The notes beneath the pieces were generated by a model that saw nothing but the letters and a program-made list of their open reading frames with translations, was not told where the DNA came from and searched no databases. A DNA stretch of 64,000 nt, taken from IMG/VR virus record IMGVR_UViG_3300019776_000521, positions 1 through 64,000 of that record; one strand, 5' to 3'. Below are positions 7,870 to 16,567 of this stretch, piece by piece. Position numbers and translations under genes: made by a program. This DNA is from a virus. Each line of letters begins with the position of its first letter. Position 1 is the first letter of the stretch.

Positions 7870-10506
7870 ATGCGTCACATCATCTTCAAAGAAGCCAATA
7901 CCTACAGCGTTGCTGTCTTGATGAAACCTTCGTGTTTCAACAAGCAAGAGCTTCGACACAACTACATCGACCCCCTGATCAAGCAAGGTGTAGCAGAAGA
8001 AGAGATGATAGCGTTTACGCTCAAGCACGACCAGGACGGCAAGGCACCAGTCAAGTTGATCAAGGAATACTTGGCCAACCTGTTGCCTGCTCTGGACGGC
8101 CTGGGAGTGAAGTTCCTGTACGTCAACGACGCCAGTTATTTCAAGACCATCGCTGGCGTTGTCAAAGCAGACCCACACTTCGGATACATGCTCCCCTGCA
8201 AGATCAAGGGATTTGAGCATATGTCCGTTGTGTTGGGTCTGAACTACCTTCAACTGATCTACAACCCTGCGCTTCAAGCCAAGCTAGACCTGAGCCTAGC
8301 CACCTTAGCTTCAGGTGTAACAGGCAACTATCAAGCGATCGGCACTGGGATCATCCATTCCGCACAGTACCCAGAAAGCCTCCAGGACATCGCACAAGCG
8401 CTGCAATCGCTTTACCAATACCCAGACCTCACTTGCGACATCGAAGGCTTCTCGCTTCGTTTTAACGAAGCTGGGATAGGCACCATTGCCTTTGCATGGG
8501 ATCAGCACAACGGCATTGCCTTTGCGTGTGATTACCACAAAGAAGATGCACAAGCCAATGATTTGAATTGGCACGGCAGATTCGTCAAAAACAACCGTGT
8601 TCGTAAACTGCTGCTTCAGTTCTTCATGGACTACAAGGGTGAACTGACCTTCCACAACGCACCCTACGATGTAAAGGCCATCATCCACGCACTGTGGATG
8701 ACTGACCTCCTCGACACCGTGGGTCTGTTAGAAGGTTTGGACATCATGACCGCCAGGATGAATGACACCAAGATCATCGCCTACCTGGCCACCAACTCCA
8801 CAGCCGGTAACGTGCTGGGATTGAAGCCACTGGCTCATGAGTTTGCAGGTAACTGGGCCAAGGACGACATCAAGGACATTCGCAAGATTCCTCTGAAGGA
8901 ACTGCTCGAATACAACCTGATCGATGCTCTGTCCACTCACTACGTCAAGAGTAAGTTCTGGCCAGTGATGGTCAAGGACAACCAGCTGGACTTGTACCAA
9001 TCGCTCATGCTCCCAAGCCTGAAGCTGATCATGCAGATTGAGTTGACTGGCATGCCCATGAGTAAAGACAGGGTGCAGGAAGTCAAAAACGAGCTGATCC
9101 TTATTCAGGAAACCCACCGAATCCTGATTCAAATCAGCCCTGTTATAGCCGCGTTGAACCTGTTGCTTCAGCACTCGGCCTGGGACAAGGACTACGAGAG
9201 CCGCAAAGCCAAAGCCAAGAATCCTGGGAAAATCTTTCCCAAGAATTTGACTGCATTCGATGACACCCAGTTCAATCCAAACAGTGGTCCTCAACTGCAG
9301 CGTCTGCTCTACGAACAGATGGGCTTGCCTGTTCTGGACTTCACCGACACCAAGCAACCTGCAACTGGTGCTGAAACGATCGAAAAGCTAATCAATCACA
9401 CCAACGAACCTTCCTACAAGAAGCTACTGGAATCACTGATCAGCTATGGCAAGGTCACCAAGATTTTGTCTACGTTCATCCCTGCCTTTGAGCAAGCCAT
9501 TGCCAAAGACAGTAGTGACACTGTGTGGCTCCATGGCAACTTCAATTTGGGTGGCACAGTGTCTGGTCGATTGAGTTCTTCGGACCCCAATCTACAGAAC
9601 ATTCCTGCTGGTTCCATGTATGCCAAGCTCATCAAAGAATGCTTTGTTGGTCCTGAAGGCTGGCTCTTTGCAGGTGCTGACTTCAACTCGCTTGAAGACT
9701 ACATCTCTGCATTGACCACCAAGGATCCCAACAAGCTTGCTGTGTACGAGCGTGGGTTTGATGGCCACTGTCTCCGTGCAGCGTACTACTTTCGTGATCA
9801 GTGTCCCGAGATAGATCTCAACGATCCTGTTTCGGTCAACACAATCAAGAAGAAATACCCTCAGCTACGCCAGGATTCAAAAGGACCAACATTCCTGTTG
9901 ACTTACGGCGGCACTTATCACGGGATGATGAGCAACCTGGGTTGGCCGGAAAACAAATCCAAGGAGATCGAAAAGGGCTACCACGACCTCTACAAGGTGT
10001 CTGACGAGTACGTTCAAAAACGTCTTCATCAAGCAGCCAAAGACGGCTTTGTTGAAGTGGCATTTGGCTTGAGAGTCAGGACTCCCCTGCTTTCTCAAGT
10101 TGTGTTTGGCACTCAGGGTATGCCTTACGAGGCTGCAGCTGAAGGACGCACAGCCGGTAACGCAATGGGCCAGTCATACGGCCTGCTGAACAACCGTGCT
10201 GCAGTTGATTTCATGTGCAAGGTCTGGAAGTCCAAGTATCGATACGACATCAAGCCTATCGCCTTGATCCATGACGCTATATATCTGCTCATCAAAAATG
10301 ACGTAGAGGTTGTCGAGTGGGCCAATCGAGAACTCATCAAGTCGATGCAATGGCAAGAGCTTCCAGAGATCCAACATCCCACAGTAAAACTGGGCGCTGC
10401 TTTGGACATCTTTTGGCCTAGCTGGGCAAATCCAACGACCATTCCCAACAACGCAGATCAAAAAACCATCTTGGAGTTGTGCTCCAGAAAGGAATCAAGC
10501 CTATGA
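7870..10506 (+). CDS. family A DNA polymerase (N4 gp39-like)
   Basis: Exo DIE, GRLSSSDPNLQNIP, ADFNSLE, RQDSKGPTFLLTYG, IHDA. Confidence 0.95.
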   Translation: MRHIIFKEANTYSVAVLMKPSCFNKQELRHNYIDPLIKQGVAEEEMIAFTLKHDQDGKAPVKLIKEYLANLLPALDGLGVKFLYVNDASYFKTIAGVVKADPHFGYMLPCKIKGFEHMSVVLGLNYLQLIYNPALQAKLDLSLATLASGVTGNYQAIGTGIIHSAQYPESLQDIAQALQSLYQYPDLTCDIEGFSLRFNEAGIGTIAFAWDQHNGIAFACDYHKEDAQANDLNWHGRFVKNNRVRKLLLQFFMDYKGELTFHNAPYDVKAIIHALWMTDLLDTVGLLEGLDIMTARMNDTKIIAYLATNSTAGNVLGLKPLAHEFAGNWAKDDIKDIRKIPLKELLEYNLIDALSTHYVKSKFWPVMVKDNQLDLYQSLMLPSLKLIMQIELTGMPMSKDRVQEVKNELILIQETHRILIQISPVIAALNLLLQHSAWDKDYESRKAKAKNPGKIFPKNLTAFDDTQFNPNSGPQLQRLLYEQMGLPVLDFTDTKQPATGAETIEKLINHTNEPSYKKLLESLISYGKVTKILSTFIPAFEQAIAKDSSDTVWLHGNFNLGGTVSGRLSSSDPNLQNIPAGSMYAKLIKECFVGPEGWLFAGADFNSLEDYISALTTKDPNKLAVYERGFDGHCLRAAYYFRDQCPEIDLNDPVSVNTIKKKYPQLRQDSKGPTFLLTYGGTYHGMMSNLGWPENKSKEIEKGYHDLYKVSDEYVQKRLHQAAKDGFVEVAFGLRVRTPLLSQVVFGTQGMPYEAAAEGRTAGNAMGQSYGLLNNRAAVDFMCKVWKSKYRYDIKPIALIHDAIYLLIKNDVEVVEWANRELIKSMQWQELPEIQHPTVKLGAALDIFWPSWANPTTIPNNADQKTILELCSRKESSL

Positions 10507-10649
10507 CTCGCAGAAGTAACTACACAACGATCGCCAATGATCGTCTCGGCTGGCACAACTATTACACAAACCAATTCAACAAGAATCCCAGTGAGCATGC
10601 TGAACAGCTGGCTTGCTGGTACTTGATCCTGCATCTGGCTTTTGACTAA
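10503..10649 (+). CDS. small hypothetical protein (48 aa, below track cut-off)
   Basis: ATGA overlap with polymerase stop; open to TAA 10647. Confidence 0.5.
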   Translation: MTRRSNYTTIANDRLGWHNYYTNQFNKNPSEHAEQLACWYLILHLAFD

Positions 10650-10669
10650 GCTACCCCATTTCCTCCCTT

Positions 10670-10696
10670 AGCCCTCTTATGAGGGCTTTTTTTTTT
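10670..10696 (+). terminator. intrinsic terminator
   Basis: AGCCCTC-ttat-GAGGGCT followed by a long T run. Confidence 0.85.
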
Positions 10697-10710
10697 ACTG
10701 AAAGATTCCC

Positions 10711-11238
10711 ATGCGTTTAACCAACACAATCCGTGATGCATTTATTCGTGCAGCAATGAATGACGTTCCCTCTGTCGATTACGTAGAAGAAGTTCGGAAA
10801 GTTTTGACTGACGATACGATTGCTGGTTTACCTCAAGCCATCAAGGATATTGCCAAAGATCCTGTTCTATCTGGCTTCTTGCACAGTACATACGGTGGGT
10901 TTAATACCCGCATGTGCAGCGTCAGCTATATCGCTAACCGTCACCAAGAGCATCGTTTGAGCATGACAGCTCAAAAAACGGTCGATGAGCTGATAGCAAA
11001 GCATAAAGCGCAAACCGAGCAACGCAATACATTAAACGGAAAACTGCGTATTGCAGCCTATGGCTGCAATACCCGTAAAGCTTTGGTAGAGCTTCTACCT
11101 GAGTTTGAAAAATACCTGCCTGCTGATGAAGCCAAGGCAATTACCCAGAACCTTCCTGCAGTAGCCAATGTGCTGTCTGATTTCGTGAAAGCAGGCTGGC
11201 CTAAAAACCAACCCAAGATGCCCAAGGTCACACCATGA
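10711..11238 (+). CDS. Nmad5-like (nucleotide modification-associated) protein
   Basis: MRLTNTIRD start and NTRKALVELLPEFEKYLP resemble Nmad5 family from memory. Confidence 0.6.
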   Translation: MRLTNTIRDAFIRAAMNDVPSVDYVEEVRKVLTDDTIAGLPQAIKDIAKDPVLSGFLHSTYGGFNTRMCSVSYIANRHQEHRLSMTAQKTVDELIAKHKAQTEQRNTLNGKLRIAAYGCNTRKALVELLPEFEKYLPADEAKAITQNLPAVANVLSDFVKAGWPKNQPKMPKVTP

Positions 11239-11597
11239 GCGACAAATCTTACGTCGGCATGGGTTACTACGTTTGCCCTGTGTGCTGCACCAGGCACAGT
11301 CCTGAAGTGCTCATCAACACGCGAATGAAAGACACCCTCACTTCTGATGAGACGCTTGCTTGGGCAATGTGTCCTGAGCACAAAAAGCTTCACGACGAAG
11401 GCTACGTTGCATTGATCGAATGCACAAACCAACCAAGCTCAATGAACGATGCACAGCGTACAGGCCAGATTGCGCACGTTCGATCGAGTGTATGGCCTCA
11501 AATCTTTGATGCTTCTTTGCCTCCCAAGTTGCTTGCTTTTGTAGAGCCTGCTGTCATGACTGCGCTCAAGAAAATGCAAGCCGAAGAAGAGCCATGA
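11235..11597 (+). CDS. Cys-containing hypothetical protein (possible Zn binding)
   Basis: CPVC...CPEH motifs. Confidence 0.65.
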   Translation: MSDKSYVGMGYYVCPVCCTRHSPEVLINTRMKDTLTSDETLAWAMCPEHKKLHDEGYVALIECTNQPSSMNDAQRTGQIAHVRSSVWPQIFDASLPPKLLAFVEPAVMTALKKMQAEEEP

Positions 11598-11854
11598 TCT
11601 TCACGACAAAAGTCAACGGCATACCTTGCAAGTGTCGCGTTGATCATTTTGTTCCTGGAGTTCCAATGCGTGTGTACGGCACTGACATGGGGGATGCAGA
11701 TCCTCCTGAACCGCCAGAGTTCACGTACACGCTGCTCGACAGATCTGGGCGCCCTGCTCCTTGGCTTGAGAAATACGTCACCGTTGAGGTCTATTCCAGG
11801 CTGCTGGAAGAGTTTGAAGTTGAAATGAAAAACGACTACTACAACCCATACTGA
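11594..11854 (+). CDS. hypothetical phage protein
   Basis: 86 aa, ATGA coupling. Confidence 0.65.
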   Translation: MIFTTKVNGIPCKCRVDHFVPGVPMRVYGTDMGDADPPEPPEFTYTLLDRSGRPAPWLEKYVTVEVYSRLLEEFEVEMKNDYYNPY

Positions 11855-11855
11855 A

Positions 11856-12080
11856 ATGCTGCCTGACACGTTTCTACGTACAGAAGAAGTTCAAGCCCTG
11901 ACCAAGCGGACGGTACGTCCAGCGCAGGTCAGGGTATTGAAAGCAATGGGCATTGAACACAGGGTACGTCCTGATGGCAGCGTTGCTATCCTCAGAGCAC
12001 ACATCTCCAAAGTGTTCGATGGCAATCCTGAAGTCACCCGTCAAACCAAAACAGCTACACCCAACTGGGATGCTATGTAA
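11856..12080 (+). CDS. DUF4224-like excisionase / recombination directionality factor
   Basis: FLRTEEVQALT...AQVRVLKAMGI...RPDG; coupled (TAATG) to integrase. Confidence 0.75.
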   Translation: MLPDTFLRTEEVQALTKRTVRPAQVRVLKAMGIEHRVRPDGSVAILRAHISKVFDGNPEVTRQTKTATPNWDAM

Positions 12081-13171
12081 TGCCTCGCAAACGCAGCAAA
12101 GACAACAAGGGTCTACCTGCTCGCTGGAGACACACTCATGGAGGCTACTACTACCAGGTTCCTCCTGGCTTGGAGCACCTATGGGATGGCAAGAAAACCT
12201 TTCGTTTGGGAGCCAAGCTCAATGAAGCCTATCAAGTATGGGCATCACGCCTTGGCAAGGTAGATCAAGCCAAGACGATCGGACAACTGCTTGATCGCTA
12301 TGCCCTTGAAGTTATCCCAGCCAAAGCAGCTGCAAGCCAAAACAGCAACCGCAATCAGCTGCAGATGCTCAGGCGTGTGTTTGGTGAGCACCCTCTCCTT
12401 CCGTTTGTTCCCCAGCTGGTCTACCAGTACGTAGACAAGCGCAGCGTCAAGAAAAAGGATCCAGACACTGGCAAAGTCACTGGTGGAAGGATTGCAGCCC
12501 ATCGTGAAATCGAACTGCTGTCGCATGCGTACACCAAAGCAGTCGAATGGGGCTACATCGATCGCCATCCATTCAAGAACGAGGTAAGGCTCTCTGGTGA
12601 AAAGTCCAGAGACCGCTACATCGAAGATTGGGAAGTCATTGAGATTCTCTCATTGGCTTCACGTAGGAAGGCTGGAAGCGTTTTAATGATCCAAGCCTAC
12701 CTTCGCCTCAAGCTCCTCACTGGAATGGCTCAGGGAGACCTTCTGAGGCTTCAGGAGAGCCATATCAAAGAAGACGGCATCCACAACCAACGGCACAAGA
12801 CTGCAAACAGCACCGGCAAGAAGACCATTTACGAATGGTCACCCGAGCTTCGTGCTGCAGTAGTCCTGGCCAAGAGATCACGACCAGTGCACATCTCACC
12901 TTTTTTGTTCTGCAACAGAGACGGTGAGAGCTATGTGAACGAAGAAACTGGAGAAGCTGCTGGTTGGAAATCCATGTGGCAACGATTCACTCAACGAGTG
13001 ATCAAAGAAACCAAGGTCACTGAGCATTTCACTGAACACGACTTTCGAGCCAAGGTAGCCAGTGATGCTAAGACTCTGGAACACGCAAGATCTCTATTGG
13101 CTCATGCCGATAGCAGAACTACTGACAAGGCTTACAGACGAAAGGCTGAGAGGGTTTCTCCTCTTCGATAA
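12080..13171 (+). CDS. int: tyrosine recombinase / integrase
   Basis: HDFRAK, LAHAD, KAYRR box II residues; N-terminal arm-binding-like region. Confidence 0.9.
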   Translation: MPRKRSKDNKGLPARWRHTHGGYYYQVPPGLEHLWDGKKTFRLGAKLNEAYQVWASRLGKVDQAKTIGQLLDRYALEVIPAKAAASQNSNRNQLQMLRRVFGEHPLLPFVPQLVYQYVDKRSVKKKDPDTGKVTGGRIAAHREIELLSHAYTKAVEWGYIDRHPFKNEVRLSGEKSRDRYIEDWEVIEILSLASRRKAGSVLMIQAYLRLKLLTGMAQGDLLRLQESHIKEDGIHNQRHKTANSTGKKTIYEWSPELRAAVVLAKRSRPVHISPFLFCNRDGESYVNEETGEAAGWKSMWQRFTQRVIKETKVTEHFTEHDFRAKVASDAKTLEHARSLLAHADSRTTDKAYRRKAERVSPLR

Positions 13172-13173
13172 AC

Positions 13174-13542
13174 ATGAAAATCAAACTGAGCGAAACCACA
13201 CCGCTCCAGATCAACTATCTGGTGGCGAAGTGCCAAGGGGTGAAGTTGCATCCAGTACCACAAAGCGGAGTGATGGAGATTCATTTCTCAGAGCCGAATG
13301 GTTGCGCTACTTACCAACCATCGACCGACTGGGCCCAAGGTGGGCCGATCATCGAAAGAGAGAAAATTGAACTTAAATACCTTGGCTACGACAATCCCCC
13401 GTACTGGGGCGCGTTGAAGTTTTCCCCGAGCAGTTACGAGCGTAAAAAGGCTATTGGCCCCACACCCCTAATCGCAGCCATGCGCTGCTTCGTGGCCAGT
13501 CAGCTGGGCAATGAGATTGAGGTGCCTGATGGACTTATCTAA
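13174..13542 (+). CDS. NinX/DUF2591-family protein
   Basis: PSTDWAQGGPIIEREKI and GPTPLIAAMRCFV motifs. Confidence 0.8.
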   Translation: MKIKLSETTPLQINYLVAKCQGVKLHPVPQSGVMEIHFSEPNGCATYQPSTDWAQGGPIIEREKIELKYLGYDNPPYWGALKFSPSSYERKKAIGPTPLIAAMRCFVASQLGNEIEVPDGLI

Positions 13543-13744
13543 CTACGTGGTCTTGTACCGCATCGAGAAGATCATGACTCCGCTTGATACCCCCTTTGGC
13601 TTTCAATGCTGGGCAGACAATGCAGATCATGCCGAAGAACAGTGCATCAATGCCTATCCAGACTGCGATGTAGTCTGGGTATGGGAAGGTCCAGAAGGTG
13701 TCGGTATGCAACCAGCTTTGGCTGACTACTGGGGGAACACCTGA
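13529..13744 (+). CDS. hypothetical protein
   Basis: ATG 13529 with GAGG upstream, 71 aa. Confidence 0.6.
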   Translation: MDLSNYVVLYRIEKIMTPLDTPFGFQCWADNADHAEEQCINAYPDCDVVWVWEGPEGVGMQPALADYWGNT

Positions 13745-13884
13745 TGGGCTACTGTGATCCCAAAGCCATACGCAACGGAAAGGCTTGGGCTGATGTCGTC
13801 AACAAGACGCCCATGAACCCACCCCCAAAACCTGTACTATTGCCAAAACCCAGTTCTTTGAAAATCAAGGACTTACCGACTTAG
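13744..13884 (+). CDS. small hypothetical protein (46 aa)
   Basis: TGATG coupling; 3' half overlaps the candidate attP. Confidence 0.35.
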   Translation: MGYCDPKAIRNGKAWADVVNKTPMNPPPKPVLLPKPSSLKIKDLPT

Positions 13885-14050
13885 GATGTGGCCAAAAATA
13901 GTACAGCCACCATCATCCAAGTTGCTGATTCCACAAAGGAAATCGAATCCAGGACCATCTGGCTACGAACCAACAGTCTGAACCCGCAAAGCCAGTATTC
14001 ATGCGGATCTCCAGACACTGCTGTAGTATTGAAAGGCTGTTGTACTATAG
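13830..14050. other. candidate attP site
   Basis: Core TGGCTACGAACCAA 13960-13973; IHF consensus AATCAAGGACTTA 13863-13875 and near-consensus 13918-13930; TGTA(C/G)TAT repeats at 13832, 13898 (inverted), 14021, 14040. Confidence 0.7.
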
Positions 14051-14056
14051 ATGCAC

Positions 14057-14133
14057 GCGCCCGTAGCTCAGTTGGATAGAGCGTTCGGCTACGAACCGAA
14101 AGGCCGGGAGTTCGAGTCTCTCCGGGCGCGCCA
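14057..14133 (+). tRNA. tRNA-Arg(ACG)
   Basis: Acceptor GCGCCCG/CGGGCGC, D arm TAGCTCAGTTGGATAGAGC, loop CTACGAA, GTTCGA T loop, encoded CCA. Confidence 0.97.
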
Positions 14134-14138
14134 CCTCT

Positions 14139-14588
14139 TCACACCGTGTTGAGGCAAGCCATCTCACCATGCAGCTTTTGTGCTGCCCTGTTGTAGGCCA
14201 CTGCAGCTTCTTCTGCAGTGTCAAACCTACCCAGGTAGTGAGGCTTCTGGTTGATCTTGATCCTGGCCTCAAAACGACCAGCGTTCCTGTAGACCCCTTT
14301 GTACTTGATCTCGCCCCTTTGCTGAGGCTGGCGATTACAGGCATTGCCTGATCGATCCGTGATTCTCAAGTTGGCTTTCTGGTTGTCCAACTTGTTGTGC
14401 TTGCGATGATCAACCACTTGATCCCCCACTGCACCCATCACTAGACGGTGCATGCGGATCTTTTTGCCTTTGTGGTTTGCTACTGCATAGCCTTTGTCAG
14501 ATAAGTGCCAAGTAAATTGGCTCACTCTTTCAAAGTCTTCATCGTCAATTAAAGCAAACCCGCCTTCTACAATTGCAATTTCTTTCAT
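14139..14588 (-). CDS. HNH homing endonuclease with AP2 domain
   Basis: MHRLVM, VDHRKHNKLDNQKANLR, YKGVY, LGRFDTAEEAAVAYN. Confidence 0.9.
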   Translation of the reverse strand: MKEIAIVEGGFALIDDEDFERVSQFTWHLSDKGYAVANHKGKKIRMHRLVMGAVGDQVVDHRKHNKLDNQKANLRITDRSGNACNRQPQQRGEIKYKGVYRNAGRFEARIKINQKPHYLGRFDTAEEAAVAYNRAAQKLHGEMACLNTV

Positions 14589-14632
14589 ATGCCCCTTAAT
14601 TTACGAACCAGTAGGCATTCTATCAAAACCAT

Positions 14633-14893
14633 ATGAACCAAGTAATCCCAATCCCACCCATTGTCAGCACCGTAACCACTGTCCACGCAGTCGATCGCTG
14701 GAAAGAAGCCGTTGTCAACGAGCTAATGACTGCTCACATCTACGGAAGCAGCCACCAACACGATCCCAAGAAAGCCATCCAAGATGTCATTTCCTGGCAT
14801 GTGCAAGTAGCTTTGGACCCTCAAGTCTCCAGCGATGCTCAAAAGCTCATCGATCGTGGTGCAGCAGAAGAGCGTGCAAGGCTTCAGGGATGA
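14633..14893 (+). CDS. hypothetical protein
   Basis: 86-aa ORF coupled to next gene. Confidence 0.6.
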   Translation: MNQVIPIPPIVSTVTTVHAVDRWKEAVVNELMTAHIYGSSHQHDPKKAIQDVISWHVQVALDPQVSSDAQKLIDRGAAEERARLQG

Positions 14894-15105
14894 GCCAGAA
14901 AGCTCCAGGAGACGCGATCGCGGCCAAGCAGGGCCATCGGTACACCTACAACAATCACAGCGTCCTGGCCCTCAATACAGGCCGCATCGTCAGGATCCTG
15001 TCTTTTGATCCTGCCAAGCCTTGGTTTGGAAAGATCCAAAAAGTACCTGCTTGCTTTCTTACACCTGAGCCTATGGCCTACTTCCATGGAGAAATTCCAC
15101 AATGA
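14890..15105 (+). CDS. hypothetical protein
   Basis: ATGA coupling at 14890; C-terminal part of track ORF 14494-15105. Confidence 0.55.
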   Translation: MSQKAPGDAIAAKQGHRYTYNNHSVLALNTGRIVRILSFDPAKPWFGKIQKVPACFLTPEPMAYFHGEIPQ

Positions 15106-15275
15106 CCACAAAAGCTATTTCCCCGTTCAGCCTGGACTACGTGAGCCAGCTGAAGCCAGAACGCAAACAACCCTTCAAGAGGGTTGTGTTGACTCAGCCA
15201 CCTGTGAATGCCAGATCGAACATTGCCAGCGTGGATGAAGGCAAAGCTGCTCGGCTTCGTAAAGCCAACATCTGA
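15102..15275 (+). CDS. hypothetical protein (57 aa)
   Basis: ATGA coupling, GGAG upstream; stop abuts the Rz stop. Confidence 0.45.
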   Translation: MTTKAISPFSLDYVSQLKPERKQPFKRVVLTQPPVNARSNIASVDEGKAARLRKANI

Positions 15276-15782
15276 CTACCGGCTCAAAGCTTCCCTGGCT
15301 TTGTTGTACTGCCTGTAGCAGGCTGCAAGCTGTAGTCGAATGGTGTCGGCTCGGAGAGCTTCTTCCACATCCTCCGATCCAATCGTTCCAGGAAGCTGGG
15401 TTCCATCACTTCCCTGGGTAGCTCCTCCAGTGCTGGCAGCTGCGGAGGCTTTGGGCATTGGGGAACTTGTGGCTCCGTTTGCTTCAGCGTTGAGCAACCT
15501 CCTAAGAAGAGAATCACGCTGAGCAGTAAGATTCCTGATTGCTTCATTGGTTTCTTTCCGGGTTACTGCCGACGACAGGCCAAGATCCTGCTCCGTCTTT
15601 CTTACCGATTCGATCGCGGCTGCAACAGCTATCGCTGTTGCCGCTCGCTCACTTGCTATCTCCAATTCCAAGCCAGCGACTTCAAGCTGACTTTTGTGCA
15701 GGCGCATTGTCTGCGCTACCAGCAGACCGCCGATCACAACCAGCAATGCGATGCCGAGGTATTCTTTGATCGCATCAACCAT
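15276..15782 (-). CDS. i-spanin (Rz-like)
   Basis: N-terminal TM helix plus coiled coil, directly after endolysin. Confidence 0.8.
   Translation of the reverse strand: MVDAIKEYLGIALLVVIGGLLVAQTMRLHKSQLEVAGLELEIASERAATAIAVAAAIESVRKTEQDLGLSSAVTRKETNEAIRNLTAQRDSLLRRLLNAEANGATSSPMPKASAAASTGGATQGSDGTQLPGTIGSEDVEEALRADTIRLQLAACYRQYNKAREALSR
15284..15547 (-). CDS. o-spanin (Rz1-like lipoprotein) embedded in Rz
   Basis: Signal peptide with lipobox LGGC, Pro-rich, nested in another frame. Confidence 0.8.
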   Translation of the reverse strand: MKQSGILLLSVILFLGGCSTLKQTEPQVPQCPKPPQLPALEELPREVMEPSFLERLDRRMWKKLSEPTPFDYSLQPATGSTTKPGKL

Positions 15783-16275
15783 TGATTACCTCCATGCAGG
15801 AGGCGTGTGATTTGAGCCTGTCTTTCCACAATCCAGAACAACTCCTGTTGCCTGGTGCAGAGCAATCCTGTCCATTGGACCTGTTCCACATCAGGATTGC
15901 GTTGCAGGCTCCTGCATAGTCTTCCGCGTTCAATCGCTTGACCAGAGTCGAATTGCAGAATGCACTTGAGCCAATGTTGTAGCTCAGGTTCACGTACAGA
16001 TCGTACTCAGGCTGACTCAAGGGAACCTTGACGCATTGCTTTAAGGCTCCTTCAAACTGGTTGGCATCAACCAGTGCACGCTGAATAGCGGGGACTACCT
16101 TGAGAGAGTCTCCCTGTTTCACACCTTCGGTCGTACCAAACCCAACGGTCGGTACTTTCCATCCATAGGTGGGATCAGGATAAGCTTTCTCACGATAGTC
16201 TTCACGCTGAAGGATTCCCAGGAATCCAGCAGCTGAAAGCGCCAGTACGCCAACAACCATTCGAGGATGCTTCAT
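15775..16275 (-). CDS. GH24 lysozyme endolysin, probably SAR type
   Basis: Weakly hydrophobic N-terminus; E..D..T triad (REDYREKAYPD...PTVGFG); YNIG. Confidence 0.9.
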   Translation of the reverse strand: MKHPRMVVGVLALSAAGFLGILQREDYREKAYPDPTYGWKVPTVGFGTTEGVKQGDSLKVVPAIQRALVDANQFEGALKQCVKVPLSQPEYDLYVNLSYNIGSSAFCNSTLVKRLNAEDYAGACNAILMWNRSNGQDCSAPGNRSCSGLWKDRLKSHASCMEVING

Positions 16276-16505
16276 TCGTACATCCCCATTCGACGGTAGT
16301 GCTCAGCCTCTTCTCGCTTGTCCTGCTTGTGCTTGTAGTACCAGTTGATGGCAAAGCCTCCCAAGCCAAGAGTGATACCGAGAAACACTCCAAACTCGCT
16401 GGAAAGCAGCCACCCAAGGACACTGGTGCTTGCGCCTGTGTAGGTAGCTTTGCTGCCTACTGCTGACATCGTTGCATCGAATGTAGTCTGTTGTTCTGGT
16501 GTCAT
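16272..16505 (-). CDS. holin
   Basis: 77 aa, hydrophobic core, INWYYKHK charged tail, upstream of endolysin. Confidence 0.8.
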   Translation of the reverse strand: MTPEQQTTFDATMSAVGSKATYTGASTSVLGWLLSSEFGVFLGITLGLGGFAINWYYKHKQDKREEAEHYRRMGMYE

Positions 16506-16567
16506 AGATAAACTTTCTTTTTGGTTTTAAAGCAAATACTTGCTAAACATTGTACGTTCACGCTTAT

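Noticed and set aside
13888-14079. 63-aa ORF over the attP region
   Set aside because: Runs into the tRNA gene; the region is better explained as a recombination site.
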